A stretch of DNA of 64,000 nt from Eledone cirrhosa (taxonomy: Eukaryota). Location: positions 26,784,001-26,848,000 of the forward strand of contig OZ024745.1 of NCBI GenBank assembly GCA_964016885.1. The letters run 5' to 3'. Position numbers and translations under genes: made by a program. Of this stretch, positions 1 to 15,708 are shown one piece after another (the first letter of the stretch is position 1; each line of letters starts with the position of its first letter). The notes beneath the pieces are model-generated. The model worked only from the letters and a program-made list of their open reading frames with translations. It did not search any database and was not told the origin of the DNA.

Positions 1-682
1 TCATAGAACTGGACATGAAAGGAATTTGCCCATTATACAGGAGCAAATCATGGAATAGCTTAGATAGGGCTAGACATAAGATAGGGAAAGCCACCTCATG
101 GTACGACAACCAGAGATACCAGAGTGTCATGTTTGTGGACGCCACCCCTGGAGGGAAATTAGCTAACCAGTGTAGAAAGGCCCTGAGAAAGACCCACTTA
201 AAAATAAAGGTGGTAGAAAAGCCAGGAACCACCATAAAATCCCTGATCAGCAAAACCTACCCTTTTAAGAAAACCCACTGTACCAATAGGAAATGTATCA
301 TATGTAAGGTGAACCCCCGGATAAACTGTAAAACTAGAAATGTAGTCTATAGCATAATATGTACAGAGGGTACTTGCAGAAACATGACAACAACATATAT
401 AAGTGAGACAGCTCGTAGCATAGGTGAAAGGATAGACCAACACTGGGGGAACTAAAAGGACGAAAAAACGGATCAGTACTATACGAACATGCTAGACAAC
501 AACATGACGGTAACATAGACAACATAGAAATTAGAATAATATCTAAACATAGAAATGACCCAGCAGATAGGCAAATCAGAGAGGCCTGTGAAATAGAAAT
601 TAGAAGACCAAGGCTAAACAGAAAGAATGAATGGAATAACAACAACACCCAAACAAACAACACTGACCTAAGAGAAGTATAA
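1..682 (+). pseudogene. Penelope-like element (Neptune-type) ORF 3' remnant: Zn linker + GIY-YIG endonuclease, frameshifted near 450
   Basis: ORF 15..455 has C-x4-C-x2-C (CTNRKCIIC), NCKTRNVVYSIIC and YISETARSIGERIDQH. It continues in another frame as SVLYEHARQQH...RQIREACEIEIRRPRLNRKNEWN*. Confidence 0.85.
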
Positions 683-919
683 ATAAGTAAATAAAATAAG
701 ATAAATAAGTAAATAAATACATACACAAGCACAATAACAACAAGCACATAAACACACACTAGTCACCCATCACACAGCAAACATAACACTATACACACAC
801 GCAAACGCATGCGCAAAGAAGACAAAATAAAATAAACAAACAAGCAAATAAATAAATAAATATATAGACAGACTGAATAAAAATGGCGTAGACATACAAC
901 ACAACAGGAGGAAAATATA

Positions 920-965
920 ACACCACTGACGATGTTGCAGATGTGCAACGAAAGATTTATGATAA
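920..965 (+). ncRNA. Type I hammerhead ribozyme (degenerate stem I) in PLE 3' pLTR
   Basis: CTGACGA-t-GTTGCA-gatg-TGCAAC-GAAA-gattta. Stem I pairs poorly. Confidence 0.65.
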
Positions 966-1226
966 ACTATATATATGTGTTTGTGTCTATATTGTATCTG
1001 TATTATTTTTGACCGTTGCTCAGTCAATGGCAACATTGAGGACCGAGTAAGTTAGATTACCGATATAAAAGACAGCGAGAAGCGAAAACCAACCAAACAG
1101 TGAGTGTGTTCTGTTATTAATTCTGGCAATATTACACAAATATGACCCTCCCCAAGTATAACAATATTTGTTTCGACACACGATTTCATATAAAAAACCT
1201 CGCAAAACTAATTCATCGCCGATTTG

Positions 1227-1313
<87 letters not shown>

Positions 1314-1319
1314 GTGTGT

Positions 1320-1354
<35 letters not shown>

Positions 1355-1480
1355 CGTGCGTGTGTGTGTATCTCGCTCTCTTTCTCTCTCTCTCTCTATC
1401 TATATATATACAAACATATATGTTTGTCAGAATATACATACACACATAATATTACTACACACAAATACATGCGTATTATA

Positions 1481-1570
<90 letters not shown>

Positions 1571-1791
1571 ATTGTAAAGGTACACTATATACACGCACTC
1601 CGTACAACACCGTTTATTAATAATACTGTCAATCAAACTGAAATGTGTTTATAAATGCATTCATTCAACAACAAGCACACGATATAAATAATTATATGTC
1701 TGTACGTTCATGTATATATAATAATATATTTTTCTAATATGGTATGTAAGGCATGTACAAGCTAATGTAGGTAGATACACACACACGTGCG

Positions 1792-1824
<33 letters not shown>

Positions 1825-1885
1825 GTTTATATATATATATATATACATGCATACACATACATACATATATACACACATGTGTGTA

Positions 1886-1935
<50 letters not shown>

Positions 1936-1936
1936 C

Positions 1937-1977
<41 letters not shown>

Positions 1978-1999
1978 TATTTACATATATATATGTATA

Positions 2000-2040
<41 letters not shown>

Positions 2041-2074
2041 GTATATAAATATATATATATATATGTGTATATAC

Positions 2075-2184
<110 letters not shown>

Positions 2185-4559
2185 TCGTGTGTATATGTAT
2201 AATATTCTAAGATTTAGACACGTAACCAAGCAAAAATATTTGTATGCTTATACTCGTCCTTTTCCGTCTATGCTATATTTGTCAGCAGAAAGTCTGTACC
2301 CTTGGCCTTACTAGAAGACCTACTTATACTGGAAGATCATAATAATAAGGTGTGATTAGTGCAAATGGTGTTTTTACTTAAATTAGTACGGTTTAGTAGA
2401 AGGAAATAAACATACATTTATGTGGACGAATGATGGCGTAGTGAGTGCATTGAGGAATGTTTGTAGTTTTCAAGTTCATAAAAATACACGTTGTTGTAGA
2501 TATAATAGAAAATACAGATATGTAGCGTTTTTACCGACGTTTAGTGTTTCGAAGCTGATGTTGTCACTTAAACTGCATATAACCACACAGTTGGTGTTTG
2601 TCTGGGAAATCTGAACTGCTGGTCTTTTACCGTTGGGCAACATCTGTAGTCATCAGCAACCTATACCATCGCTACCCACTATGATACAAACCTCGGCACT
2701 GTGAGATAATGCTCGCAGAATGAAGAAAGTACTACCAACGATTACAGTGAGGGAGACACGAGGAAATAGCCATTCCGCGGAGCTCACACCTGTACGTGGC
2801 TAACTCCACTCCGAAAACAGGGAGTATGGAGTTTGTTTGGGGACCAGAAGTCTCCACCACAACAGGTTCAACTTTAGATTGTTTGGGAATAAAGCAATCA
2901 GCTGTTTAACTATTATGCCTCTCTGACTTAATTATATCAGTTTGGGACTTGACTTAATTGTATCAGCTGAAGTTGTTTAATTTCGTTTGAAGAACATTTT
3001 GTAAGAAACTACGGTGTAATTTATAACAAAGCAGCACAAAATGTATTAAGGTCCGTATGTTCGAAAAATAAGAAGAGTTTAAATTTGTTGACGCCGTGAA
3101 TATGTAAATGTCTGAAAATAGCAATGGAGAGGTCATTAATATAGGAAGAAATATATTTAACTTAATGAAGAGTTTGTCTTGAGGTTCAGTTACCTTGGCA
3201 TAGTGGGAAGTGTGAAAATTAGTAAAAGCTTTAACATTGCATACAGATTCATGGATTTCGAAGAGGAATTCTAAAATACTACAGTTCCGGGATAGGTTTG
3301 GGAAAGGTATTTATTTAGTCCGAATTTGAAAAAGAGACAATGCGGATGATAAAAGAAGTATAGGGGCGCCAGATGAGGGTACATGGTGATGGACAATAGC
3401 ATGTGAGTTCGGAGGAACAAATGATATATTAATAGAGTCGGTAACCATAGGCTGTTGGTGATTGAATCTTTTCCATTCACATGAAATGGCTTTTCTATTT
3501 TACCGAATTTTTTTATATCTTTCCAATTTTCACAGCAAAAACAAAAGCAAATCAAACGACAACCAAAATCTTCGTTCTCATTGGACAGTATTTCTCAGTC
3601 ATCCCCGTGGACAAGGTTACCGAACAACAGCTAGATATATCCACATCATCAGTCATTCTGTCTCACAGGGTTCCTTCTCCAAGCGTGATGTCCTCATCCC
3701 GATTTTGATGAAGGAGGACAACAGACTAACGTCTGAAACACCGAAGGTCTCCACAGCAAACTGCGAAATTAAATCTGTCCCTTTATGCATTCTGGAATGT
3801 CTGTATGTGGAGCAGGATCATTAATCTATACGCGAAGTATTCAAATGTCAGTCGTACTTGAGCTTTGTAGAGGGCTAAAAACTGATTAGATATAAAGTAT
3901 TCTCTGTCATTGAAGAGACAATCTAATCTTTGGTAATACTATATGTATGAGGCTGTCATTAGTGAACACCAGATATTACGAGGCGTAGCATTTGAAGATT
4001 TTATATATGTATTTCCATGCGTAGGATGGGTGTAATGCAGTGATTGTATCTTGATTGAGACTAGATTGTGATGTTCGTGTTTCAACTTTGTTCTATACAT
4101 TGAAGAAGTGTGTGGTGTGAGGCAGCTGGATTGCATGTAGAAGACGCTTATGTGCAGGCGAGTGAGGACGGCCTTTAAGAAGGACAAATAAGTAGGAAAA
4201 GTTCAGAAAAAAATGTTGATACCATAAGTGAAAACTGAGTTAAACAGGAAAAGTAGAATGAGAGTAAAAACGGACCTTACTATTGCCCACTAAAAAGGAG
4301 TGATCTAACTGGAAACTTTAGAAAGATGGAGCTGGAAACGTAACTAACCAAGGTTCTACTGGTATCAAGAATAATAGAGTTATTTTTATCCTTTATTTTT
4401 TTCGATAGAAATATTGGTAGTGATAGGGATAGGAAAATAGTGAGAGGTATTGCGTTTATTGTGAAATAGACTGTTGCACATTATAGAGCCGCTACTTTCT
4501 TCTCTGAATTAAGAGATCACAGCTCCGATAATATGGGCATGTGATTAGAATGTTTCAGG

Positions 4560-4857
4560 AAAGAATCTCTGGACAGATTTTACGGGTAAAACCAACTGGC
4601 GGAACACCGAGAGGGTGACCCCGAGCAAGATGGTTGGATAACATTCATTAGCTGGCTGGTCTCGCTTGGGGATCCAGCCGGAAAAGTGGGAGACGGTTGC
4701 TTCTGTCAGGACCTGCTAGAATGAGTGTTTGAGGACTCTGCCCCCACGACCCTCTCAGGAAGAAGAAGAAGAAGAAGAAGAAGAAGAAGAAGAAGAAGAA
4801 GAAGAAGAAGAAGAAGAAGAAGAAGAAGAAGAAGAAGAAGAAGAAGAAGAAGAAGAA
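4560..4857 (+). mobile_element. LINE (RTE-like) 3' end with (GAA)n tail
   Basis: GC-richer decayed coding-like stretch ending ...cccccacgaccctctcag directly into (GAA)n. Confidence 0.4.
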
Positions 4858-5365
4858 TTGGTGTCTTTGCATTTTAAAAACTCATCCATATATATTGTTG
4901 GTCTTTCATAAATGCTGAAGTTGACCTTATTAATAATTACTATTACGTATATTGTATATATATTAAATAGAAAGAAACATTCAAGAGGGCTGAATAACGA
5001 ATTTTCGATACTTTTTAAAAGAATACGAGACGGTATTGCAAACTAAGTTTAAATTTGGTGTATTTCTTGTGAGACATTGGTGATTTTCTTGTATTAAGTA
5101 TAATTTTCCCCTAGAAAAATATTTTTCTTATGTTTAGATAAAGTTCATTTTTGTGTTATCTAACGAGAAAGTCGGTATATTTGATTTGTATTTCAGTGCA
5201 CAGAAAATTTGATACATGAAGTAAATTTGATGTATCTGATTAAACGACAAAATTGTGCAACGCGTGCAAAGATTTCAAGGAGGCGTTAGAATTCTAAACA
5301 GAAATTCGTGAAAATGACAGCAACGAACTCTTGACTATATATATATAAACACACGCACACACACA

Positions 5366-5426
<61 letters not shown>

Positions 5427-5429
<3 letters not shown>

Positions 5430-5523
5430 GGTGTCCCCAAAATGTATACACATTTTGATTACCTGTACAGGCAATATTAATTAGAATGCACAGCCTTTGT
5501 GTATACATTTTAGGGACACCCTG
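5427..5523. mobile_element. Tc1/mariner-type MITE, 97 bp
   Basis: TA|CAGGGTGTCCCCAAAATGTATACAC ... GTGTATACATTTTAGGGACACCCTG|TA: terminal inverted repeats with TA duplication. Confidence 0.85.
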
Positions 5524-5996
5524 TATATGTGAATAGAAAGAGTTGAAATTATTGCATGAAAGATTTCATGGCTCTAGCATCACTCCTTCATCGTCAGCCT
5601 ATGGACGATTCATCTCACCCTCATATATGTAGATAGTGATAGAAGTTTTGAATTTAAACAGTTAAAGTACAATTTAAATGAAACATACAGGAATTAGTAG
5701 ATTCCTTCTCAGATAAGTACTTAAATCCTGGAGAGATTACCTAATAGAATTCCATTATGATTATTTATGGTGCAATCTTGACTTGCTAGTGCATCTGTTG
5801 CACACAGGACGTAGCAATGAAACTGTACAGTTAAGGAAGATAATTGTGCCCACACTAAACCACTTTCATTGCAAATTCGTCTTTACAGCATGAGACTTTC
5901 TTTAAACTCACTGAGTGAGTAGATAGAGGTCGCGCTAAACAAATACACAAATATAAACGTATGGCTCGTTAAGCATAATTCACACACACACACACA

Positions 5997-6107
<111 letters not shown>

Positions 6108-6170
6108 GTATCTATCTGCCAAGACTGGAATTGAACCATCAGCACAGTTGAGGTATGTCAGACATCAATT

Positions 6171-6236
6171 TATTTTATCTGATGAGGACGTACTGATGAA
6201 AAAGCTCAGTACCTCTGAAATATGTATAATAAAATA
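6171..6236 (+). ncRNA. Minimal type I hammerhead ribozyme
   Basis: tattttat-CTGATGA-ggacgtactga..tcagtacctct-GAAA-tatgtata-ataaaata: 8-bp stem I, AUA site. Confidence 0.75.
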
Positions 6237-6289
6237 TATTTGATCACATGAATGTCCATATTTATTAATATTTTGAAGTAATATATATC

Positions 6290-6365
<76 letters not shown>

Positions 6366-7086
6366 ATGTTATTTTCTACCCTCGCAAAATTGTTTTTCTC
6401 ATTATTTAACATATTACTGTACACTCTGTTTTTGTGTACAATTTTGTGATTTTTGTCTTTGCTTTCTATGCGGAAGCAGGGTTCAGTGCTTCGTGGCCCG
6501 TTTTCGCACCGTTTTCGTCGTTGAGATCTCGGGCATACTTGGATCCCGTACTGATAAGCTCCTCCGCAAGATCGGAACGTTAACTGCTCGTCTGAGGAAG
6601 GGGCCACGTGAGGTGGGGTGGCTGTTGTAGCTGATGACGCTGGCCATTGTCCGCGGGAATGCTTTTGCGGTCTTCTCCGCGGAGCGCAGCCTCAAGATCG
6701 TCGCACTCTAGACCCAGAACCCATCATCCTCACCCTCCCTCATTCTTCTGTAGCACTAGAGCCGTTGCCTTTTCCTTTCTTTTCCATTTTCATAACCACA
6801 ATAGACACTTGAATATTCACAGTACTCTACTTTATATCGTGAGTGCTATTTTTATTTGTTTATATATAATACGTTCAATATTTGAATAAATCTTACGAAA
6901 TTTTAAAACTATATTTTTAAATGCATCATCAGAGTTCTTGGATAATGCGAAAGCCTAGAAACGTGGCCGTTGTATTTAGGGACTTTATTTATTCAAACAA
7001 ACTTCAAGTTACCTGTAAGCAAATATAAGAAGGCTTTAGTAGGAAAGCAATAAATTGGAACATATTCGTGTTTTAATGCAACTGAT

Positions 7087-7223
<137 letters not shown>

Positions 7224-7350
7224 TACTTACAAACGCATAAACATTTAAATACCTGTGAAGGTACTTATTTGTATACGGGTAACATAAATAAATATACACA
7301 TATGTATGTGTATATATATGTGTGTGTGTCTATGTATAATTATATATATG

Positions 7351-7398
<48 letters not shown>

Positions 7399-7885
7399 CA
7401 TATATACGTATTAAAAAGAACATATATATATATTGTTGGTGTTTGTTTGAATGTCCATCTGTATATACATACATACATACACACATACAGACACATCTGT
7501 ATATACATACACACATACATACACATATCTGTATATACATACACACATCTGTATATACATACATACATACATACATACATACATACATACATACATACAT
7601 ACATACACACACACATCTGTATATACATACATACATACATACATACATGTCACGTTGAGAAGAGGAAGTTAAAAGTCTCTCATCAAAACCTTGAAACTCT
7701 ACAAGTATGAACATCTGATTAACAGATATATCAGATTGATTAAAAAACCATCAGCTTAAGATCCCTATCAATATCATCATCAGGTTCATCATCTGATCTA
7801 CTATCCCTCCTTCTCTCCCCCCCTACTTCCCTCTCACTCTTCCACCTCTCTCTCTCAGTATTTATCTCCAGTTCTCTACCCTTGT

Positions 7886-7956
<71 letters not shown>

Positions 7957-8015
7957 CTCTCTATCTCTCTCTCATATTTTATCTCATATATATATCTAGT
8001 CATCCATACTCAGTG

Positions 8016-8049
<34 letters not shown>

Positions 8050-8077
8050 TATATATATATATACATACATAATACAT

Positions 8078-8138
<61 letters not shown>

Positions 8139-8432
8139 AGTTGACATTGAGGAAAAGTTATGTGGAAAGTGTGACTGAGGAGTGAAAGAGGAAGAGAATG
8201 TCTGGTTGATTGAAGAAAGTTGCGTTATAAAACAAACACCACAAGCATACACATACGTACACATAGACACGTACAAACAGACACGTACACAAACACACAG
8301 ATAGCCTACGTACAGTGGATATATATATATATATATATATATACACCTCCGTGCTCACCGCAGCCATACACAGGTTGAAAATCCGGTAGGTGAACGCGCA
8401 TGCTCGTGTATGATTTGCTCATTTGTTGTGGA

Positions 8433-8544
<112 letters not shown>

Positions 8545-8837
8545 GGCGTATATGTGTGCATGTATGTATATGTGTGTACTTATTTTTCGTGTTTTTTTCA
8601 TAGAACTTCCTGAAAGCTGCGCAAAAACAAACAAGAATTTTAAAATATGGCTAGAAGAGAAGGGTGGGGGAGTGGGAGGGAGTCAATCCCCCCCCCCCCC
8701 CCTTACCGTCCGAATTAATAAATATTTCTGATTCTTATCATGGGTGACGGTGTATTTCTCCCGACTGCTTTTACCGTATGATCTAAATCTCAACCAGAAG
8801 CAATCATTGAAGAAGTTGGAGACAATTCGTGGGCAGC

Positions 8838-9492
8838 GGCGGTGGTAATGGTGGTGGTGGTGGTATGGTGGTGATGGTGGTGGTTGTGGTGGTAGTGATG
8901 TTGGTGTGGTGGTAGTGATGATGGTGGTGGTGGTGGTGGTGGTGGTGGTGGTATGGTGGTGGTGGTGGTATGGTGGTGGTGATGGTGGTGGTGATGGTGG
9001 TGGTGATGGTGGTGGTTGTGGTGGTAGTGATGTTGGTGTGGTGGTAGTGATGATGGTGGTGGTGGTGGTGGTGGTGGTGGTTATGGTGGTGGTGGTGGTG
9101 GAGGTGGTGGTGGTATGGTGGTGGTGGTGGTATGGTGGTGGTGATGGTGGTGGTGATGGTGGTGGTGATGGTGGTGGTTGTGGTGGTGGTAGTGATGTTG
9201 GTGTGGTGGTAGTGATGATGGTGGTGGTGGTGGTGGTGGTGGTGGTGGTGATGGTGGTGGTGGTGGTGGTGGTGGTGGTGGTGGTATGGTGGTGGTATGG
9301 TGGTGGTGATGGTGGTGGTTGTGGTGGTAGTGATGTTGGTGTGGTGGTAGTGATGATGGTGGTGGTGGTGGTGGTGGAGGTGGTGGAGGAAGAAGAAGAA
9401 GAAGAAGAAGAAGAAGAAGAAGAAGAAGAAGAAGAAGAAGAAGAAGAAGAAGAAGAAGAAGAAGAAGAAGAAGAAGAAGAAGAAGAAGAAAG
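8838..9492. repeat. Compound (GGT)n minisatellite with a recurring higher-order unit, followed by (GAA)n
   Basis: gtggtagtgatgttggtgtggtggtagtgatgatgg recurs 4 times within GGT runs. Pure (GAA)n runs from about 9388. Confidence 0.9.
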
Positions 9493-10436
9493 AGTAGGAT
9501 GATGTAGATGGGAAGACGGTCATGAAGAGGATGACTAATGCAATAATGGCGGTGTTGATGATGATGATGATGATGATGATGAGAAGAATGATAATGTCGC
9601 CGATGTTGAGAATTATGATTCTCTCCGGTAATGTCGGATCTGATGGATATCTGTTGACATGTGTTTTAACTTCTAAAAGAATCTCTAATGCCAATCGCAC
9701 AAGCCTGCTGCTTTTACCGTTTCCCAAAAGCTGTTGATAGACTTTCCGCAATAGCTTTATTTCTATATAGTTTTATATTATTATTATTATTATTATTATT
9801 ATCATCATCTTTGTTGTTGAGTCTTTCGAGATGAGTTACACATCGCTCCGTAAGTTTATTCCATTTTCATACTGTTATTCAACCTACCTCATTTAAATAT
9901 TATTACTTTTACATAAGGTTAATCAACCAGAACCTTCGGGATTTGAATAGTTTTTCTTTTTTTTTTTTTTTTTTTTTTTAAATGTAAGAATTATGGCGGA
10001 TGAGGATTGTATGTCTGCTGAAAAGAAGATAAGATCCCGCCATCCACCACATGGAACGGCAAAATTATAGCAACAACAACAGTAGTATAGCAGCAGCAAC
10101 AGCAGCAGTAACATCAACAACAAAAACAACAACAACACAGCTCGAAAAAAAACTATGAAACGTAATTCCCGCTGCAAAAAATAATTTCAAAACTCCCATC
10201 ACCATCACACAAACAGAAAAGGACAATGATGACGACAAACGCCAGGAAAAACACTACCCCCACTACCAACAACACCAACACTGTCAACTCCTACACCATA
10301 TCACCACTGCAACAATAAATATTGCTAGAGTACTCTCGGAGAGTAGGGTGTTTTAGGATGGGTGGCGTTCTTTTGGCAACCCTAGCCAGTACTCACCCCA
10401 ATTGGGAACATTTCATTGTACGTATTATTTGTTATA

Positions 10437-10628
10437 GGGCGGTGGATTGGCAGTATCGGTAGAGAGTCAGACGCCATGCTTTCCAGCATAGAGTTACGCC
10501 TCTTTACGGTCTGAGTTCAAAACTCACCGTGGTTAACTTTGCCTTTCATCCTTACGGGGTCGATAAAATAAAGTACCAGTAATGCACTGGGATAATTGCT
10601 GGCCTTGTGCCTAAAGTAGAAACAATTA
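10437..10628 (+). mobile_element. tRNA-derived MetaSINE-type SINE with TSD
   Basis: A-box tggcagtatcggtag, B-box gagttcaaa, central gcctttcatccttacggggtcgataaaataaagtaccag. attatttgttata flanks both ends. Confidence 0.85.
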
Positions 10629-10730
10629 TTTGTTATATATTTTTTTACTCGATTTCATGTAAGCCTCCACTGACCCTGATTTTATAGTGTCCCTTAAAAG
10701 TCAGCCCTTGTAGCTAATCAAGAAATAATA

Positions 10731-10950
10731 AGGGAGGTGGATTGGCAGTAATCGATAGAGTGTCGGACATCCTGCTTCGTGGCAGAGTTGCGGCTCTTTA
10801 CATTCTGAGTTCAAATCCCGCCAAGGTTAGCTGTGCCTTTCATCCGTAAGGAGTCGATAAAATAAAGTACCAGTAACGCACTGGAGTCGATTTAATCGAC
10901 TTTCCCCTTTCCCCCAATTTGCTGGCCTTGTGCCTATAGAAATCATTATT
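10731..10950 (+). mobile_element. MetaSINE-type SINE, long subfamily
   Basis: Same head and core plus the extra gtcgatttaatcgac hairpin and C-run. Confidence 0.8.
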
Positions 10951-11021
10951 ATTATTTCCAATAGCAGAGGCGGTTGCGTTGCTGGTGACGTTGCCTTATA
11001 TATATATATATATATATATAC

Positions 11022-11140
<119 letters not shown>

Positions 11141-12210
11141 CGTACGTTTATTTATTTCAGATCAAAACGCTTTTTGAATGTAAATCCCTGAATCCTGATC
11201 GTTCTGGCTAAAGAAAGGCAAGCCTTAACTTTGTTGACAGCTTTTTTTCTTCCCTAAACACATTCTTGAATTTCAAATAGAAATACCGCATCTTCGTTAA
11301 TACAGATCCTTTCATGATGTAGAAACATTTCGTGAATTCCTATTACATGTCAACATGTATATAATGATTTTCAAGTTCGACATCGACCATAAGAATGGGG
11401 GGAGTCAATTGAATTGATGTTAGTATATAATTACATGGTCCTTTGCCTTGCTAGAAATAACAACCAATATCTCTTTCCAATTATATACTACAATTTACGA
11501 GGGTGGGATGGAAAGTTCAAGAAGGATTGATGCTAGAGCTGCGAAATCTTGATATGTGTTGGGAACGTGATTAAAAAGTAACACAAGTGTTTCTTCACAA
11601 AGGTAGTGGTGACCATTCTGCTGGTTACATATACAACAACAAAGTCTGAGAGCAAAACTCTCTTTGGAGATAAAAGAAAAATATTCTTTACAACATCGGA
11701 CACGTTAATTTAGGAGTTTAGGAGTTATTTCACGTCTGATATACGTAGTATGGAAATACCGTATGTTACGATGTAGTTAAATTGTTACACACCTACTCAC
11801 AAAATATATCTTATCAAGCAGCTATAGAACACATTAAAAGATAACCCACATCATCATCTTTTGATTAGCGGGTGTTTGAAGACTCGGACGTGTCTAATAG
11901 ACACTCTAGCATGTGAATTGTAATACTGCTGACGCTAAACTTCAACGAAACAGATTTTGAAAATTTTCGACACTATACAAATATTTTGCTCTCAGCAATG
12001 AGGATGTGAAGACAGTTTACATAATTTTATGCATGCGTGGGTATATGGGGCAACGCATGGCTATATATGTAAATGTGCTTGTTTATTTATATATTATTTA
12101 CAAACACTTGGTTATGGTTGTCCATCCAACAATTCGTTGGTGTCCGATAACTGTAAACCTCAGCCTTTGATGTACTTCTGTAGCAAACTTCTTTTAGTGA
12201 TTATTTATAA

Positions 12211-12397
12211 TAATTGTTTCTACTTTTGGCATAAGGCCAGCAATTATCCCAGTGTATTACTGGTACTTTATTTTATCGACCCCCGTAAGGATGAAAGGCA
12301 AAGTTAACCTCGGCGGAAATTGATCTCAGATCATAAAGGGCCGTAACTCTATGTTGCAAAACATGGCGTCCGACCCTCTACCGATACTGCCAATCCA
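12211..12397 (-). mobile_element. MetaSINE-type SINE
   Basis: Reverse complement of the 10437 family. Confidence 0.85.
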
Positions 12398-13119
12398 CAT
12401 ACGTTTACCACTCTAGGTAGGAGCAGATAAATAATTAAACATGTAAAGATATACTAATAAAATAAATAAATGAATTCACTACGCCTGCATTTAGCTAATA
12501 CAATTCATTACATTTCTCAGGCTCAAACACAACAAATATTTTAGGAAATAAAACAGCAATTTGAAACAAAATGAATTTGAGAAAAGAAATGTTTTCGTAT
12601 ATGTATATTCTATTTATCAAAGAAGAACAGGTGAAAAGAAAGCCTAAAGTTTTTATACACGCTATAAGTATTCGATGCTGTCTCAGAAAACTATAATTAC
12701 TTGTGTGTATATGTATGTGTGTGGTGTGTGTATGTGTGTGTGTGTGTGTGTGTGAGTGTGTGTGTGTGTATGTATGTATGTGTGTGTGTGTGTGAGTCTG
12801 TGTGTGTATGTGTGTGTGTGTGTGAGAGGGTGTTTATATGTGCACGCATTACCACGTCAGAGTATATTGTTCGCTTTATCTTCACACTTAACCTGCCACT
12901 TGGGCCAGTACGTAAACTCCTCCATTAACCTATATATTAATTCTCTCTCTATCTCTCTTTACTGTAAATATATGTTCTCAAGCATAACATCTGATACTGG
13001 ACCGGCCAGGTAACACATCGGATATTATATATTAGAGATGACAAAATAATTACACAAATATTGCACATTATTTTATTGTTCTCCATCGAGAAATAACTTT
13101 GCTCAAATATTATTTCATC

Positions 13120-13308
13120 GGTTGATTGGCAGTATCGGTAGAGGGTCGGACGCCATTCTTTGCAGCATAGAGTTACGGCCCTTTATGATCTGAGATCAAT
13201 TTCCGCCGAGGTTAACTTTGCCTTTCATCCTTACGGGGGTCGATAAAATAAAGTACCAGTAATGCACTGGGTAATTGTTGGCCTAGTGCCAAAAGTAGAA
13301 ACAATTAT
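13120..13308 (+). mobile_element. MetaSINE-type SINE
   Basis: Family match, with attattt(t)catc flanking both ends. Confidence 0.85.
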
Positions 13309-13781
13309 TTCATCCCTATTTAATTCACCATAACATAATCTATTCGTACTTAACATATTTGAAAAAAATGATGAATAGAAACGTTATTTATAATTATAAC
13401 TAATAATTTAATTTACATTGACCAATTAAAATAAAGTAGTTGCCATTTATAAGCTTAAATGTTAACTTTTAGAAAAAGGTTTATAGTAGGGTGGGCTGAA
13501 AAATTCATAGGCTGAATATAAAGGAGTGATACTAGGGCTGTGAAATCCTCTTACTAATACCTTTGTTATTCTTTCGGGGTCGAAAAAGAAAGTCGCAGTT
13601 TAGTACTGGAGTCTATTATTCCTCTATATCTCTTTCTCAATTCCTTTCTATTAGTCTGACTCCCCCCACTTCTTTAAGAATTCAACGGGAGAGGAGATAC
13701 GCTCTAAGTGTCTAATTTGCTCAAAATACGTTGTATGTCACTACAGTGCCTCTACCACTCTGATAGGAGTTACAGGTCCAC

Positions 13782-13842
<61 letters not shown>

Positions 13843-14780
13843 GGCATCTACCAGTCTATGGTAGGGTCAATAACGTTGTTAGAAGTCCATGTGGTCCAGA
13901 GGTAATAATTCCAACGAGATGAGGTGGCGAGAATTCTTGATTTTGTAGAATGCTTTAATCATATCGGATTCCGTTGAGCATTCTGAACGAGCTACAGGGT
14001 CATATATATATATAGATATGTTTCTTTATTTAAACAAAATGAAAACGAAATTTCATTTCTCACTCTTACAAACGAACAAAGCGACGTTACAATAAGCGTC
14101 GCTAAACTGATACGTGCATATATGTATGTGTACCTGTATGCATATGTATGTATATATGTATATATATATATATATATATATGCATGCTACTGTACGTCTG
14201 TATACATATATGTATGTACGTATACATGCATACTTACATTTAAGTAAGTGCCATACTAAGAGTGAGAAATGAAATTTCGTTTTCATTTTGTTTCAATTTA
14301 TCGTTTTCGGTATGCCTGACCGATTTAACTCACTCAATATGCAAATTAGGCTGCTCAGCCGTTAATTTTCATAAGGAAAGTATATACTTTCGAACGTTCA
14401 ACTATCTGGCAGATGGGTAAACGGTGCTGATGATAGCTAACAAGCTTGAAACTAGTACATCGTTCCTGTGTCAGTGTTGAACAAAAAGGTGACGTGGTTG
14501 CCTTAACACCGTATGGCATAAATTCAGGCTGTTCAGTTTGTTTACAAACGAACAAAGCGACGTTACAATAAGCGCCGCTAAACTGATACGTGCATATATG
14601 TATGTGTACCTGTATGTATATATGTATATATATATATATATATGCATGCTACTGTACGTCTGTATACATATATGTATGTACGTATACATGCATACTTTCT
14701 TTATTTATATATAGATAAATAGATAGATAGATTTATATATAAATATATATATGTGTGTGTGTACGCGCGCACGCGCGCCT

Positions 14781-14996
14781 GTTGAAAAAGGAAAAGAAAA
14801 GGCAACATTTGGTACTTAATCAGTTCATTATTTTACGGTCGTTTCAGAAGGTTAATTGATCATGATAAGTCCTATTATATAACTACTATCGATAGTCACT
14901 ATATCGGTTTATCACGATCAATCAACTGTTTGAGACGATCGTAAAACAATAAACTGATTAAACACTAAACTTTGCCTTTTGTTTTCAATGTTCAAC
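14781..14996. mobile_element. Old diverged fold-back PLE-type insert
   Basis: Imperfect inverted arms carrying the hammerhead 3' half GAAACGAYCGTA-aaataat, related to the 60131 ribozyme. Confidence 0.55.
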
Positions 14997-15065
14997 ACAT
15001 ACACACACCCATACACACGCTTGAATATATATATATATATATGTTTCGAAAATATTCTTACTATA

Positions 15066-15096
<31 letters not shown>

Positions 15097-15325
15097 TAAA
15101 ATAACAGATTTATCCTTATAAATATAGTTATGCTTATCGAGCCAACTCTGGATTTTACTCTTCAAATTTATTATTATTACTATATATATATATATATATT
15201 GAATTTATTACGTTTTCGTATTTTCTCATTATTAGGGTATAAATGTTTAGGTTTCTCTTAGGTTAATCACTACCTTGATTAAATCTTAACCATTTAACAT
15301 CTCAGGGTATGTCATGTATCATTAT

Positions 15326-15378
15326 ATTTTGTCTGATGAGGACGTACTGTTGTACCTCTGAAATATGTATAATAAAAT
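15326..15378 (+). ncRNA. Minimal type I hammerhead ribozyme
   Basis: attttgt-CTGATGA-ggacgtac-tgtt-gtacctct-GAAA-tatgtata-ataaaat. Confidence 0.75.
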
Positions 15379-15432
15379 TTAATTGATCAAAAGAACTTCT
15401 ATTTCATTAATATTTGTATTTTAATATATATA

Positions 15433-15480
<48 letters not shown>

Positions 15481-15491
15481 CATATATATAC

Positions 15492-15556
<65 letters not shown>

Positions 15557-15608
15557 CATATATATATATATACGTACACGCATGTTTTTCATTTACTTAT
15601 CGCATATA

Positions 15609-15708
<100 letters not shown>

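Noticed and set aside
2640-4420. Decayed LINE coding remnants
   Set aside because: Too degraded to assign family or boundaries without a search.
8804-9751. 315-aa His/Thr/Phe-rich ORF
   Set aside because: Open only because of GGT, GAA and GAT repeats.
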